Source: an uncultured Aquiluna sp.
GTDB taxonomy: Bacteria > Actinomycetota > Actinomycetes > Actinomycetales > Microbacteriaceae
DNA length: 64,000 nt
NCBI GenBank assembly: GCA_964350385.1
Contig: CAYGJH010000001.1
Location: 106,777-170,776, forward strand
Reading direction: 5' to 3'
Numbering within the stretch: position 1 is the stretch's first letter; each line of letters opens with the position of its first letter. The translations under genes and the position numbers were made by a program. This document shows, in pieces, positions 51,312 to 60,778 of the stretch. The notes below the pieces were generated by a model. The model saw only the letters and a list, made by a program, of their open reading frames with translations, searched no databases and was not told the DNA's origin.

Positions 51312-53941
51312 AGCATCGCCTTAGCCTCAGCAATTGCTTGCTCAAGCTTTGTCAGTTCAGGACCACCGCCCTGGGCAAGGTCTTTCTTGCCTCCGCCACC
51401 ACCGCCTAGGACCTCTGCTGCCTTCCTTGCGAGAGCTCCGCTGTCCTTGCCAGCGGCAACAGCATCCTCACCAGCTGCCACCATAACGGTGGCCCGGCCT
51501 GTCGCGCTTGCCCCAAGTATTACGACTGAGTTGGAGCCCATGCGCTCACGCAACTGAAGGATTAGCTCCCTGAGCGTTTCAGGTGCAAGCTCGCCAACAG
51601 ACGCGGCCACCAGCTTGGCGCCGGCAACGTCAGTGGCGCTGGCTAAGAGCTCGGGTACTAAGGCCATCGCGGCCTTAGTATTCGCTTCGGCCAATAGCTT
51701 CTGAGCACGTTTTACGTCCTCAAGAGCCTCAGAAATCTTTGTCTCAACCTCGGCCGCGGGTGCCTTGAAGCCGGCGGCTATCCTGCGAATAGTTTCGCGG
51801 TGCTGGATCAGCGACCTAAGCGCGTCGATGCCCACTTCGGCTTCGATACGGCGACTGCCTGATCCGACGGATGATTCTCCCGTTATCGAAACTAGCCCGA
51901 TTTGTGCGGTACGGGTGACATGTGTTCCACCACATAACTCGCGAGACCAAGGACCGCCAACTTGCACTACCCGGACCATCTCGTCATAGGTCTCGTCGAA
52001 CAGAGCAATTGCGCCCCAAGTCTTGGCCTCGGGCAGGGTCATGAACTGCGCGCTCACAGACAGGTCTGAACGGATCGCTAGGTTCGAGACCTCTTCAATT
52101 TCGCTCTTAGTGGCTTCACTTAGCGCCTCGCCCCAAGCGAAGTCCAGCCTCATGTAGCCGGGTTTGTTGAAGGATCCAGACTGGAGCGCCTGAGGGCCCA
52201 ATACCTGCCGGAGAGCTGCGTGAATGACGTGAGTGGCACTATGGGCCTGGCAGGCACCGAGTCGCCATTGGGCATCTACCTTTGATAGCGCCGAAGAGCC
52301 CTTAGAAATCTCACCTGACACTACTCGCACACTGTGTGAAAAGAGTCCCCTAACGGGTTTTTGCACGTCCAGTACCTCGAGTTCAAAACCTTCTCCAACG
52401 ATGACCCCTGCGTCTGCCGCTTGACCGCCAGACTCTGCATACAGTGAGGTGCGATCGAGCACTACCTCACCTATTTCTCCCTGTGTCATTGATTCAACTG
52501 CGTTGCCCTCACGAATAAGGCCCAGCACTTTACCCTCAGCCTCTAAGGAGTCGTAGCCCGCAAATTCGGTGGCGCCCGTTGATCGGAAGTCGCTGTAAAC
52601 CTGAAGCCCAGCACCGCCAGTCTTCTTGGCCTTTGAGTCTGCCTTGGCGCGGTCTCTCTGTTCCTGCATCAGTTCATCGAATCGAGTCCGGTCAACCTCT
52701 AGATTGCTTTCGCCTGCGATCTCAACGGTGAGATCAATTGGGAATCCATAGGTATCGTGAAGGAGGAATGCTGTCTCGCCATCTAGCTGCTTTGAAGCTT
52801 TGGCGATCGCCTCCGAGAGCACGGCAGAACCGGTTTCCAGGGTCTTTCGGAACCCACTTTCCTCTTGAATTGCCGCGCGCTTGACTCGGTCGTAGCTCTC
52901 TGCAAGCTCTGGGTAAGCCTCAACCATGGCCTCATAAGAAGTCGCAAATAGTTCATCAAAGGACGGCTTATCGATGCCAAGAAGCCTTAGGGCTCTTACG
53001 GAGCGTCTAAGCAGCCTGCGAAGCACATAGCCCCTGCCTTCGTTGCTGGGAGTGACGCCGTCACTCATTAGCATCAGCGCCGAGCGGATGTGGTCCGCGA
53101 TGACTCGCATTCGCACATCGTCAATCTCGTTTGCACCGTATTTCTTATTCGAAAGCCTGCTTACCAAGTCAATCAGTGGCTTTACCTGGTCGATTTCGTA
53201 GATGTTCTCTACTTCTTGGAGCAGGAAGGCGACTCTTTCAAGACCCATGCCGGTGTCAATGTTCTTTTTCGGAAGCTCCCCGAGGATTTCAAAGTGATCC
53301 TTGGTCCCGCCATCTGCCCGCTCATACTGCATAAAGACGAGGTTCCAGATTTCTATGTAGCGGTCTTCATCGGCCTCCGGGCCACCCTCAATTCCGTATT
53401 CGGGGCCTCTATCAAAATAGATCTCACTGCAAGGGCCGGCTGGGCCGCGCTGGCCCGTTGACCAATAGTTATCGGCCATGCCACGCTTTTGAATGCGCTC
53501 CTTAGGAATGTCGGTCTGCTCAAGCCAATACTGGATTGACTCCTCGTCATCTTTGTAGACGGTCACCCAGAGTCTGTCTTTATCGAAACCGTAGCCGCCA
53601 TCCTCGACGCTACTTGTCAATAGCTCCCACGCGAAGGAGATCGCCTCCTTCTTGAAGTAGTCACCGAAGGAAAAGTTGCCATTCATTTGGAAGAACGTCC
53701 CGTGCCGGGTGGTCTTTCCAACCTCTTCAATGTCGAGAGTTCTAACGCACTTTTGAACACTTGTTGCGCGGTCGTATGGAGCTGGCAGTAACCCGGTCAT
53801 GTAGGGAATGAACGGCACCATCCCAGCTACGGTGAACATCAGGGTGGGGTCTTGGCTCACCAGTGATGCACTGGGAACGACGGTGTGGTTCTTCTTTTTG
53901 AAGAACTCAAGCCAGCGCCGCTTTATCTCAGCGGTCTTCAT
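51308..53941 (-). CDS. alaS: Alanine--tRNA ligase
   Basis: FTVAGMVPF, IDTGMGLER, HSATH editing motif, ELCGGTHV, GGGGGG C-terminus. Confidence 0.99.
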   Translation of the reverse strand: MKTAEIKRRWLEFFKKKNHTVVPSASLVSQDPTLMFTVAGMVPFIPYMTGLLPAPYDRATSVQKCVRTLDIEEVGKTTRHGTFFQMNGNFSFGDYFKKEAISFAWELLTSSVEDGGYGFDKDRLWVTVYKDDEESIQYWLEQTDIPKERIQKRGMADNYWSTGQRGPAGPCSEIYFDRGPEYGIEGGPEADEDRYIEIWNLVFMQYERADGGTKDHFEILGELPKKNIDTGMGLERVAFLLQEVENIYEIDQVKPLIDLVSRLSNKKYGANEIDDVRMRVIADHIRSALMLMSDGVTPSNEGRGYVLRRLLRRSVRALRLLGIDKPSFDELFATSYEAMVEAYPELAESYDRVKRAAIQEESGFRKTLETGSAVLSEAIAKASKQLDGETAFLLHDTYGFPIDLTVEIAGESNLEVDRTRFDELMQEQRDRAKADSKAKKTGGAGLQVYSDFRSTGATEFAGYDSLEAEGKVLGLIREGNAVESMTQGEIGEVVLDRTSLYAESGGQAADAGVIVGEGFELEVLDVQKPVRGLFSHSVRVVSGEISKGSSALSKVDAQWRLGACQAHSATHVIHAALRQVLGPQALQSGSFNKPGYMRLDFAWGEALSEATKSEIEEVSNLAIRSDLSVSAQFMTLPEAKTWGAIALFDETYDEMVRVVQVGGPWSRELCGGTHVTRTAQIGLVSITGESSVGSGSRRIEAEVGIDALRSLIQHRETIRRIAAGFKAPAAEVETKISEALEDVKRAQKLLAEANTKAAMALVPELLASATDVAGAKLVAASVGELAPETLRELILQLRERMGSNSVVILGASATGRATVMVAAGEDAVAAGKDSGALARKAAEVLGGGGGGKKDLAQGGGPELTKLEQAIAEAKAML

Positions 53942-54148
53942 CTACTTTTTAGGGGTAGTTGGGCGTTTTGCTGGCTTGTTTAGCTCTTCTTCACGCTCGC
54001 GGTAACCGTCTGCAACCGCAGCACCGAAGTCCTTGGCCGCCTCATAGATCTCATCTACAGCCTGTTGCGCTTTTGGGTTATCGCGAAGCTGAACAACAGC
54101 GAAAGCGCCAAGTCCAATACCCGCGAGGAACCATGAGAGTCTCGACAT
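53942..54148 (-). CDS. Small conserved membrane protein (DUF6167-like)
   Basis: N-terminal TM then FGAAVADGYREREEEL; conserved position between DUF948 and alaS. Confidence 0.7.
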   Translation of the reverse strand: MSRLSWFLAGIGLGAFAVVQLRDNPKAQQAVDEIYEAAKDFGAAVADGYREREEELNKPAKRPTTPKK

Positions 54149-54151
54149 TTT

Positions 54152-54499
54152 CTACCTCCGCTTTCCCAGAGTCTTTGCCACACCCTGGACGACACCGACA
54201 AGTTTAGTTAGTGGAGCCCCTACCGATGCTGTGAATACCGCCACCAGGGAGTTGATGTTCTCCGTGACTTGCTCAACGTCCTCGGTTATTTGATCAATCC
54301 GCTTTAGCTGACGATTTGCCTCGGCCATGGTGGTCTTAGCCTCATCGAGTAGTGGTTCAAGCTCGTTGTTGAAGATACGAACGGTGCGAGCAGATTCGTC
54401 GATGAGACGACCTAGCTTCATAAGCGGCAAGCCCAGGAATAGCACCAACAGCGCTATGGAAGCGCTGATGATGATTCCCGCTAGTTCACCGCCGGACAA
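54152..54499 (-). CDS. DUF948 domain membrane protein
   Basis: MSGGELAGII...LGLPLMKLGRLIDE followed by a coiled coil; rpsD-DUF948-alaS synteny. Confidence 0.85.
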   Translation of the reverse strand: MSGGELAGIIISASIALLVLFLGLPLMKLGRLIDESARTVRIFNNELEPLLDEAKTTMAEANRQLKRIDQITEDVEQVTENINSLVAVFTASVGAPLTKLVGVVQGVAKTLGKRR

Positions 54500-54504
54500 A
54501 TTGT

Positions 54505-55134
54505 TTACCTTGCTGCGTAGTACTCAACCACGAGCTGAACGTCACAGGTGACTGGAACTTCAGCGCGCTTTGGCTTGCGAACAAGCGTGGCGTGGAGCTT
54601 GTCGAGCTCGACAGATAGGTACTCAGGGACAGCTGGTAGGACATCTGCGTGACCACCGGCAGCTGCAACCTGGAAAGGCTCAGTTCGCTCACTCTTCTCG
54701 TGGACGTGGATCATCTGACCTGGCTTGACCCTGAAGGAGGGCCTGTCAACGCGCTGACCATCAACGAGGATGTGGCGGTGAACAACCAGCTGACGAGCCT
54801 GAGCCATGGTGCGGGCAAAGCCAGCACGAAGGACCAGAGCGTCCAGACGCATCTCCAACAGTTCAACCAGAGTCTCACCGGTTAGTCCGTCGGTGCGCTT
54901 AGCCTCCTGAAAAGTCTTACGAAGCTGTGCTTCACGAATTCCGTATTGAGCGCGTAGTCTCTGCTTCTCGCGAAGGCGAACTGCATAATCAGAATCTGAC
55001 TTGCGCTTGGTGCGGCCGTGCTGTCCTGGCCCGTAGGGGCGCTTTTCCATATATTTTGCAGCCTTCGGAGTCAATGCGATTCCGAGCGAACGCGAAAGCC
55101 GCGTCTTACTGCGTGTTCTTGATGTCTTAGACAA
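54505..55134 (-). CDS. rpsD: 30S ribosomal protein S4
   Basis: RPYGPGQHG, SDYAVRLREKQRLR, LEMRLD, QLVVEYY; TTG start at 55134 with GAGAGG SD. Confidence 0.98.
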   Translation of the reverse strand: MSKTSRTRSKTRLSRSLGIALTPKAAKYMEKRPYGPGQHGRTKRKSDSDYAVRLREKQRLRAQYGIREAQLRKTFQEAKRTDGLTGETLVELLEMRLDALVLRAGFARTMAQARQLVVHRHILVDGQRVDRPSFRVKPGQMIHVHEKSERTEPFQVAAAGGHADVLPAVPEYLSVELDKLHATLVRKPKRAEVPVTCDVQLVVEYYAAR

Positions 55135-55212
55135 AAAGGTACCTCTCAAATAACTTGTTTTTGGATTTTGCTCTAATTCCAGCCGCTGAATCCGAGCAAC
55201 CCAAGAATCTTA
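55135..55212 (-). promoter_or_regulatory. rpsD promoter (-10 TAAGAT) and hairpin 5' leader
   Basis: TANNNT at 55207-55212; stem TTGCTC..GATTCAGC/GCTGGAATT..GAGCAA. Confidence 0.55.
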
Positions 55213-55224
55213 GCAGTCTGGAAA

Positions 55225-56463
55225 CTACTTGTCACTAGAGCCGAGAATCTTCCTGATCTGCTCTAAACGCTCTCCAAGGGTCTTCTCGAAGCCATGGGTG
55301 CTAGCAACGTAGTAATTTGAAGCATCCGAATAGTGCTGACTAATGATCCCCGCTTCGGCATCGTGGGGATACCTGTAACCGGTGGCCCCCGAAGAGCGAA
55401 GCGCCGGCGGCACCGCAGGGGTGAATCCGTTCTTTACATCCGCAATCGCTGCATCAATAGCGGCATAGGCCCTGTTTGATTTTGGGGCAAGGGATAAGTA
55501 GATGGTGGTTTGGGCTAAGGGTATACGCCCCTCTGGCATCCCAATCTTCTCAACCACCGAGGCACAGGCCTCCGCGACGACGATCGCCTGTGGGTCAGCC
55601 AGTCCAATGTCCTCACTGGCCAAAATCATGAGTCTTCGAGCAATAAACCTCGGGTCCTCTCCCCCAACAATCATCCTGGCAAGGTAGTGCAATGCGCTGT
55701 CGGCGTCAGAGCCACGAACACTCTTGATGAATGCGGATATCGTGTCATAGTGCTGGTCGCCGTCTGGGTCATAGGCCAGGGTCAAAGAGGCTGTGTCTTT
55801 CACTACTTCAACCGTGACCTCCTTGGCACCTCGGTTGCAAGCCGCTTCAAAGATCGCAAGCGCACGTCTAGCATCCCCCTGCGAGATAGTTGCGATGTAT
55901 TCGAGGGCATCATCGTCAACCTGAAGGCTTTTGAACTCCGGTTCTCTCAGCGCACGTTCGAGGATTGCTCTGAGGTCTGCTTTGGCGTGAGGCTCTAGGG
56001 CTATCACAAGCGATCTAGAAATCAGCGGTTTTATGACGCTGAAACTTGGGTTTTCGGTGGTCGCGGCTATCAGGGTGATTACTCCGGACTCAACTGCGCC
56101 CAGGAGGGAATCCTGTTGTGCCTTTGAAAATCTATGTATCTCGTCTAGAAACAGCACAGTGGGTCTTTCGAAGCTGTCCTTGAGCGCCTTAGCCTCGTTT
56201 ATGACGTCTCTGACCTGTGAGACAGAACTATCAACTGCACTGAGCTCCACGTACTTTGCCGAGCCGGTGTGGGAAATCATTCTGGCGAGAGTCGTCTTAC
56301 CGCTTCCAGGAGGCCCCCACAGGAGCACAGAGCTCATTGGCTTTGAGCTATCGCCCGAAACCAGCCTAGCCAGCGGGCCGTTTGATATAAGTGCTGCCTT
56401 TTGACCCACAAAGTCACTCAGGGTTTGAGGTCTGAGTCTCTCAGCTAACGGTGGTTGCGACAC
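55225..56463 (-). CDS. rarA: Replication-associated recombination protein A (RarA/MgsA)
   Basis: PLAERLRP, LWGPPGSGKTT, LDEIHRF, HYDTISAFIKSVRGSD; GTG start 6 nt after TACAAT. Confidence 0.96.
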   Translation of the reverse strand: MSQPPLAERLRPQTLSDFVGQKAALISNGPLARLVSGDSSKPMSSVLLWGPPGSGKTTLARMISHTGSAKYVELSAVDSSVSQVRDVINEAKALKDSFERPTVLFLDEIHRFSKAQQDSLLGAVESGVITLIAATTENPSFSVIKPLISRSLVIALEPHAKADLRAILERALREPEFKSLQVDDDALEYIATISQGDARRALAIFEAACNRGAKEVTVEVVKDTASLTLAYDPDGDQHYDTISAFIKSVRGSDADSALHYLARMIVGGEDPRFIARRLMILASEDIGLADPQAIVVAEACASVVEKIGMPEGRIPLAQTTIYLSLAPKSNRAYAAIDAAIADVKNGFTPAVPPALRSSGATGYRYPHDAEAGIISQHYSDASNYYVASTHGFEKTLGERLEQIRKILGSSDK

Positions 56464-56510
56464 ACGCCGATTGTATTCCTCCACCTAGAATTACCTGCTG
56501 GAGCGTGAGC

Positions 56511-57287
56511 ATGAAATCAAAAGAGCAATTAGCCAACTACCAAGCCAAGCAACAGGTCGTCCAGAAGCGTGCCGAGCGAAATAAACGCGATAACCGTCTG
56601 GCCCTGATTGGCGGGGCTGTCGCTCTCGTGATCGCTTTTGGAGGGCAGCTCGCCTACTTTGGCTTCGGTCCTGGGTCAACCACTGAGGAAATAGTTGCAG
56701 AGTCGACAGAGACGCCTCAGGAGGAAGTTACTGAGACCTCTCAGCCGCGTGAGCTAGATGCTGCTGTGCCCGACGTTTCTATAGCGGAGGGGCGAAGCTG
56801 GACTGGAACCATGAGCGTAGCTGGAAGCGAGGTGGGCTTCGAGCTCGATGGTGCGGCTGCCCCGCAAGCGGTCGCCAACTTCGTGAGCCTTGCCCAACAG
56901 GGGTACTTCGAAGGGCTCAGCTGCCACCGACTGACGACCGCTGGCATCTATGTGCTTCAGTGCGGCGACCCTAACGGAGACGGTACCGGGGGTCCGGGCT
57001 ATACCTTTGGACCCATTGAGAACGCCCCCATTGCTGACGTTTACTATGAGGGTGTGATAGCCATGGCCAGACGCGGTGGTGATGACTACTCAATGGGGTC
57101 ACAATTCTTTATCGTTTACCAGGACTCGCAGATTCCCTCCGATAGCGTGGGAGGCTACACCGTATTCGGCACTGTCACAGGAGGCCTCGATGCCATCAAG
57201 GCAATCGCGGAAGCTGGGGTTACAGGTGGAGCGACTGATGGACCTCCAGTCGAAGCGGTCACACTTGAAAATGTTTCGGTAGAGTAA
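56511..57287 (+). CDS. Membrane-anchored cyclophilin-type peptidyl-prolyl isomerase
   Basis: TM helix, APQAVANFVSL, CHRL, LQCGDP.GDGTGGPGY, GSQFFIV; start moved to MKSKEQ. Confidence 0.93.
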   Translation: MKSKEQLANYQAKQQVVQKRAERNKRDNRLALIGGAVALVIAFGGQLAYFGFGPGSTTEEIVAESTETPQEEVTETSQPRELDAAVPDVSIAEGRSWTGTMSVAGSEVGFELDGAAAPQAVANFVSLAQQGYFEGLSCHRLTTAGIYVLQCGDPNGDGTGGPGYTFGPIENAPIADVYYEGVIAMARRGGDDYSMGSQFFIVYQDSQIPSDSVGGYTVFGTVTGGLDAIKAIAEAGVTGGATDGPPVEAVTLENVSVE

Positions 57288-57310
57288 AGCGTCGCAGGTC
57301 GGGAGAACAA

Positions 57311-58525
57311 TTGACAAGCAATGAATTTGGTCGCGTAGACGACAAGAACAACGTCTATGTAATCGACGCCGGAACCGAGAGGCTTGTAGGCCAGTACCCC
57401 GATGTTTCAAGCGAAGAGGCAATGGCCTTTTTCACTAAGAAGTTCGAGGACCTAGAGGCGCAGGTCAGAATCCTGGAGCAGCGTATTGCCTCGGGGATTA
57501 GCGATGTAAAGAGCTTGAGGGCCACCCACGCAACTCTCGTAAAGGACTGCACCGAGCCAAAGGCCGTTGGAAACCTCGCCTCACTGAGACAACGTCTGGC
57601 AGCGGTTGAGCCCGCAATTGCCGAGGCAGCTGAAAAGGCATCTGCTGCCCGCGAAGAAGCAATCGCCCAGGCCATGAAGGACAAGGAAGAAATCGCCGCC
57701 AGGGCAGAGGCCATCGTTTCAAATCTTGGTGGGATCAACTGGAAGAAGTCAGCGACCGAAATGACGGAGCTCTTTGAGCGCTGGCAAGCTATTCAAAAGG
57801 ATGGCCCGAAGGTTCCAAAAGCTCAGACCGACCCCATTTGGAAACGATTTAGCCAGTCACGCGCCAAATTTGAGTCTGGCCGTCGTGCCTATTTCTCAAC
57901 GCTCGACAGCAAGTTCAAGGAAGCGAAAAACGCCAAGGCCGAGCTAGTCAAAAAAGCCGAGGCTCTGGTGAGCAAGGGTGCAAAAGCCGCAGGCGACTAC
58001 AAGGCGTTGCAAGAACAGTGGAAGACTGCAGGGAAGGCTGGCAAGGCCGAAGAGTCACTTTGGAAGAGCTTCCGAGCAGCAGGAGACGCTATTTTCTCTG
58101 CGAAGAAGGAACAGGACGCTGAGCTAGCTTCCGAGCACAAGGCAAATCTTGAGAAGAAGCTTGAGCTTCTAAAGCAGGCTGAAGGTATCAAAGTTGAGGA
58201 TCTCGACAAGGCCAAGAAAACCATCAGCGAGGTTCAATCCGCCTGGTCAAGGATCGGTCACGTGCCAAAGGATCAGGTCAAGAGCGTTGAATCCAGATTG
58301 CGGGCGGTCGAGGCGAAGATTTCAGATGCTCAAAAGGAGGCTTGGCAGCGCTCTGACCCCGCCGCAAAGGCGCGAAGTAACTCGCTTGCTGCCCAGCTTG
58401 AGAGCGTCATAGCGGTCTTGGAGGCGGAGCTGAGCTCAGCCCCAGCTGCCAAGAAAAAGGAAATTCAAGCTCAGATCGACTCACGTAAGGCCCTTCTTGA
58501 GGCCGCCCAAAACGCGGTCGACTAA
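57311..58525 (+). CDS. DUF349 domain-containing coiled-coil protein
   Basis: FGRVD...VYV....ERLVGQYP N-terminus; repeated W..IG.VP / LW..F...F units. Confidence 0.88.
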   Translation: MTSNEFGRVDDKNNVYVIDAGTERLVGQYPDVSSEEAMAFFTKKFEDLEAQVRILEQRIASGISDVKSLRATHATLVKDCTEPKAVGNLASLRQRLAAVEPAIAEAAEKASAAREEAIAQAMKDKEEIAARAEAIVSNLGGINWKKSATEMTELFERWQAIQKDGPKVPKAQTDPIWKRFSQSRAKFESGRRAYFSTLDSKFKEAKNAKAELVKKAEALVSKGAKAAGDYKALQEQWKTAGKAGKAEESLWKSFRAAGDAIFSAKKEQDAELASEHKANLEKKLELLKQAEGIKVEDLDKAKKTISEVQSAWSRIGHVPKDQVKSVESRLRAVEAKISDAQKEAWQRSDPAAKARSNSLAAQLESVIAVLEAELSSAPAAKKKEIQAQIDSRKALLEAAQNAVD

Positions 58526-60750
58526 GCACTCTTGACACGATAAACGTCATAGACGTTATCGATTCTGCGCACCTGATTCAGAAGGTGGTCGAGGTGCGAG
58601 GGATCAGCCATCTCAAAGACAAACTTTGAAATCGCGACGCGATCCCGCCCCGTACTGACAGATGCACTGAGGATGTTTACGTGAGATTCGGTGAGGACCC
58701 GCGTCACATCGGAGAGCAAGCCTGAACGGTCGAGTGCCTCCACTTGGATCTGCACCATGAAGACCCCTCTAGCCTGATCTGCCCAGGAAACTTCAACTAT
58801 GCGCTCCTTGACAAGGCTCTTGACGTTCTTGCAGTCGACTCTGTGAACTGAAACCCCTTCACCACGAGTAATAAAGCCAGTTATCTCATCACCGGGAACT
58901 GGTGTGCAGCAGCGGGCCATCTTGGTCATGACATCCGGAGAGCCCTTTACGAGAACACCCTGGTTGTCGGACCTTTGCCCCCTAAGCGACCGCGGAACCT
59001 GAACTGGTATTTCCTCAGTGTCCGGATCCGGGCTTATTCCATGAAGCAGCTTGAGGCGCTCGATCACACTTGCCGTGGAGACCTGGCCCTGTCCAATAGC
59101 GCTGAGGAGCGCCTGAACATCGGACAACTTCTGCTCCTCTGCGATTTCAGCAAGCAGCTCGCCGTTCATCATTGACTGGACCGGCAGTGAGGCGCGTCTG
59201 AGCGCCTTGGCTAGGGCTTCTTTGCCCTCTTCGCTTGCAAGCTCCCTACGCTCCTGCGTGAAGTGATGTTTGATTTTCGCTCTGGCCCTAGGGGATGCAA
59301 CAAAGTTCAGCCAGTCCTTACTCGGACCCGCACTCTCTGATTTCGAGGTGAGGACCTCGATCACGTCTCCGGCCTGGAGCTTGGTTTCGAGAGGCACCAG
59401 CCGCCCGTTGACCTTCGCTCCTATGGTCTTGTGACCGACCTCGGTATGGACGGCATAGGCAAAGTCAACAGGGGTGGAGCCAGCACTTAGGCCAACCACT
59501 TTTCCCTTTGGCGTGAAGACGTAGAGCTCCTTGGCTCCAATCTCGAAACGAAGATTGTCCAAGAACTCGCCGGGGTCCGCGGTTTCTTCTTGCCAGTCGC
59601 TGAGCTGCTTGAGCCATGCGAAATCAACCTCTTTGTCGCCTCCCTTAGTGGCGGTCTGCTTGTACTTCCAGTGTGCGGCGACACCAAATTCAGCTCTTTG
59701 GTGCATCTCCTGGGTACGAATCTGAATCTCAACGCTCCTGCCCTCCGGACCCACCACGGTGGTGTGGAGAGACTGATAGAGGTTGAACTTGGGCATCGCA
59801 ATGTAGTCCTTAAAGCGCCCCGGTAGCGGGGACCAACGAGCGTGAATTGCACCAAGCGCCGCGTAGCAATCCCTCACGGTCGGAACGATAACCCTTATAC
59901 CAACTAGGTCATAAATGTCATCGAACTCCCGACCTCGCAGAACCATCTTTTGGTAAATGGAGTAGTACTGCTTTGGTCGGCCATCGAGCTTCCCTTTTAC
60001 CTTGGCACCTCTGAGTTCGGTGTCTATCTCCTCAATGACCCTGTCTGTGTAATCAGACCTTGATGGGTTGCGCTGACCAACTAAAGAAACTATTTCTTCG
60101 TAAACCTTCGGGTATAAAACGGCGAAGCTTATGTCCTCAAGTTCAACCTTCATGGTCGAGATTCCGAGCCTGTGGGCTAGCGGAGCATAAATCTCAAGGG
60201 TTTCCTGTGCCTTCCGCTTTGCCGATTCGGGTGAGACGAAGCCCCAGGTGCGAGCGTTATGCAATCTATCGGCCAACTTGATGACCAAAACCCTGACATC
60301 GCGACTCATGGCGACGACCATCTTGCGCATTGTTTCAGCTTGGGCAGTGTCTCCAAACTTCATCTTGTCGAGTTTTGTAACACCGTCAACTAATAGAGCA
60401 ATTTCTTCGCCATAGTCAGATCGAAGCTGTTCGATGGAGTAATCGGTGTCCTCAACTGTGTCGTGCAGCAACGCAGCCGCGATTGTTGCCGGACCACTAC
60501 CCAGGTCGGCGAGTATCCGAGCTACCGCAAGAGGGTGGGTTATGTAGTCCTCCCCTGACTTGCGCTTCTGGCCCTCATGAGAGCGCTCTGCGGTTCGATA
60601 AGCACGCTCAACAACTTGGTAGTCAGAACGTGGATGGTTTGTCCTGACTGTGCGAACGAGCTCATTTAGCTCATTCGAGAGCAGCCCAGTTGAGCGGGTA
60701 AAAATTCTGGGCAGTCGGGAGCGCAGAGAGCTTGCGAGGCTATCGGACAT
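58522..60750 (-). CDS. rel: Bifunctional (p)ppGpp synthetase/hydrolase Rel
   Basis: HD domain (LLHDTVED), synthetase (YQSLHT, EIQIRT), TGS, CC and ACT domains. Confidence 0.98.
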   Translation of the reverse strand: MSDSLASSLRSRLPRIFTRSTGLLSNELNELVRTVRTNHPRSDYQVVERAYRTAERSHEGQKRKSGEDYITHPLAVARILADLGSGPATIAAALLHDTVEDTDYSIEQLRSDYGEEIALLVDGVTKLDKMKFGDTAQAETMRKMVVAMSRDVRVLVIKLADRLHNARTWGFVSPESAKRKAQETLEIYAPLAHRLGISTMKVELEDISFAVLYPKVYEEIVSLVGQRNPSRSDYTDRVIEEIDTELRGAKVKGKLDGRPKQYYSIYQKMVLRGREFDDIYDLVGIRVIVPTVRDCYAALGAIHARWSPLPGRFKDYIAMPKFNLYQSLHTTVVGPEGRSVEIQIRTQEMHQRAEFGVAAHWKYKQTATKGGDKEVDFAWLKQLSDWQEETADPGEFLDNLRFEIGAKELYVFTPKGKVVGLSAGSTPVDFAYAVHTEVGHKTIGAKVNGRLVPLETKLQAGDVIEVLTSKSESAGPSKDWLNFVASPRARAKIKHHFTQERRELASEEGKEALAKALRRASLPVQSMMNGELLAEIAEEQKLSDVQALLSAIGQGQVSTASVIERLKLLHGISPDPDTEEIPVQVPRSLRGQRSDNQGVLVKGSPDVMTKMARCCTPVPGDEITGFITRGEGVSVHRVDCKNVKSLVKERIVEVSWADQARGVFMVQIQVEALDRSGLLSDVTRVLTESHVNILSASVSTGRDRVAISKFVFEMADPSHLDHLLNQVRRIDNVYDVYRVKSA

Positions 60751-60778
60751 CTCTCACTCCTAACTGGTAGTGAGAATT

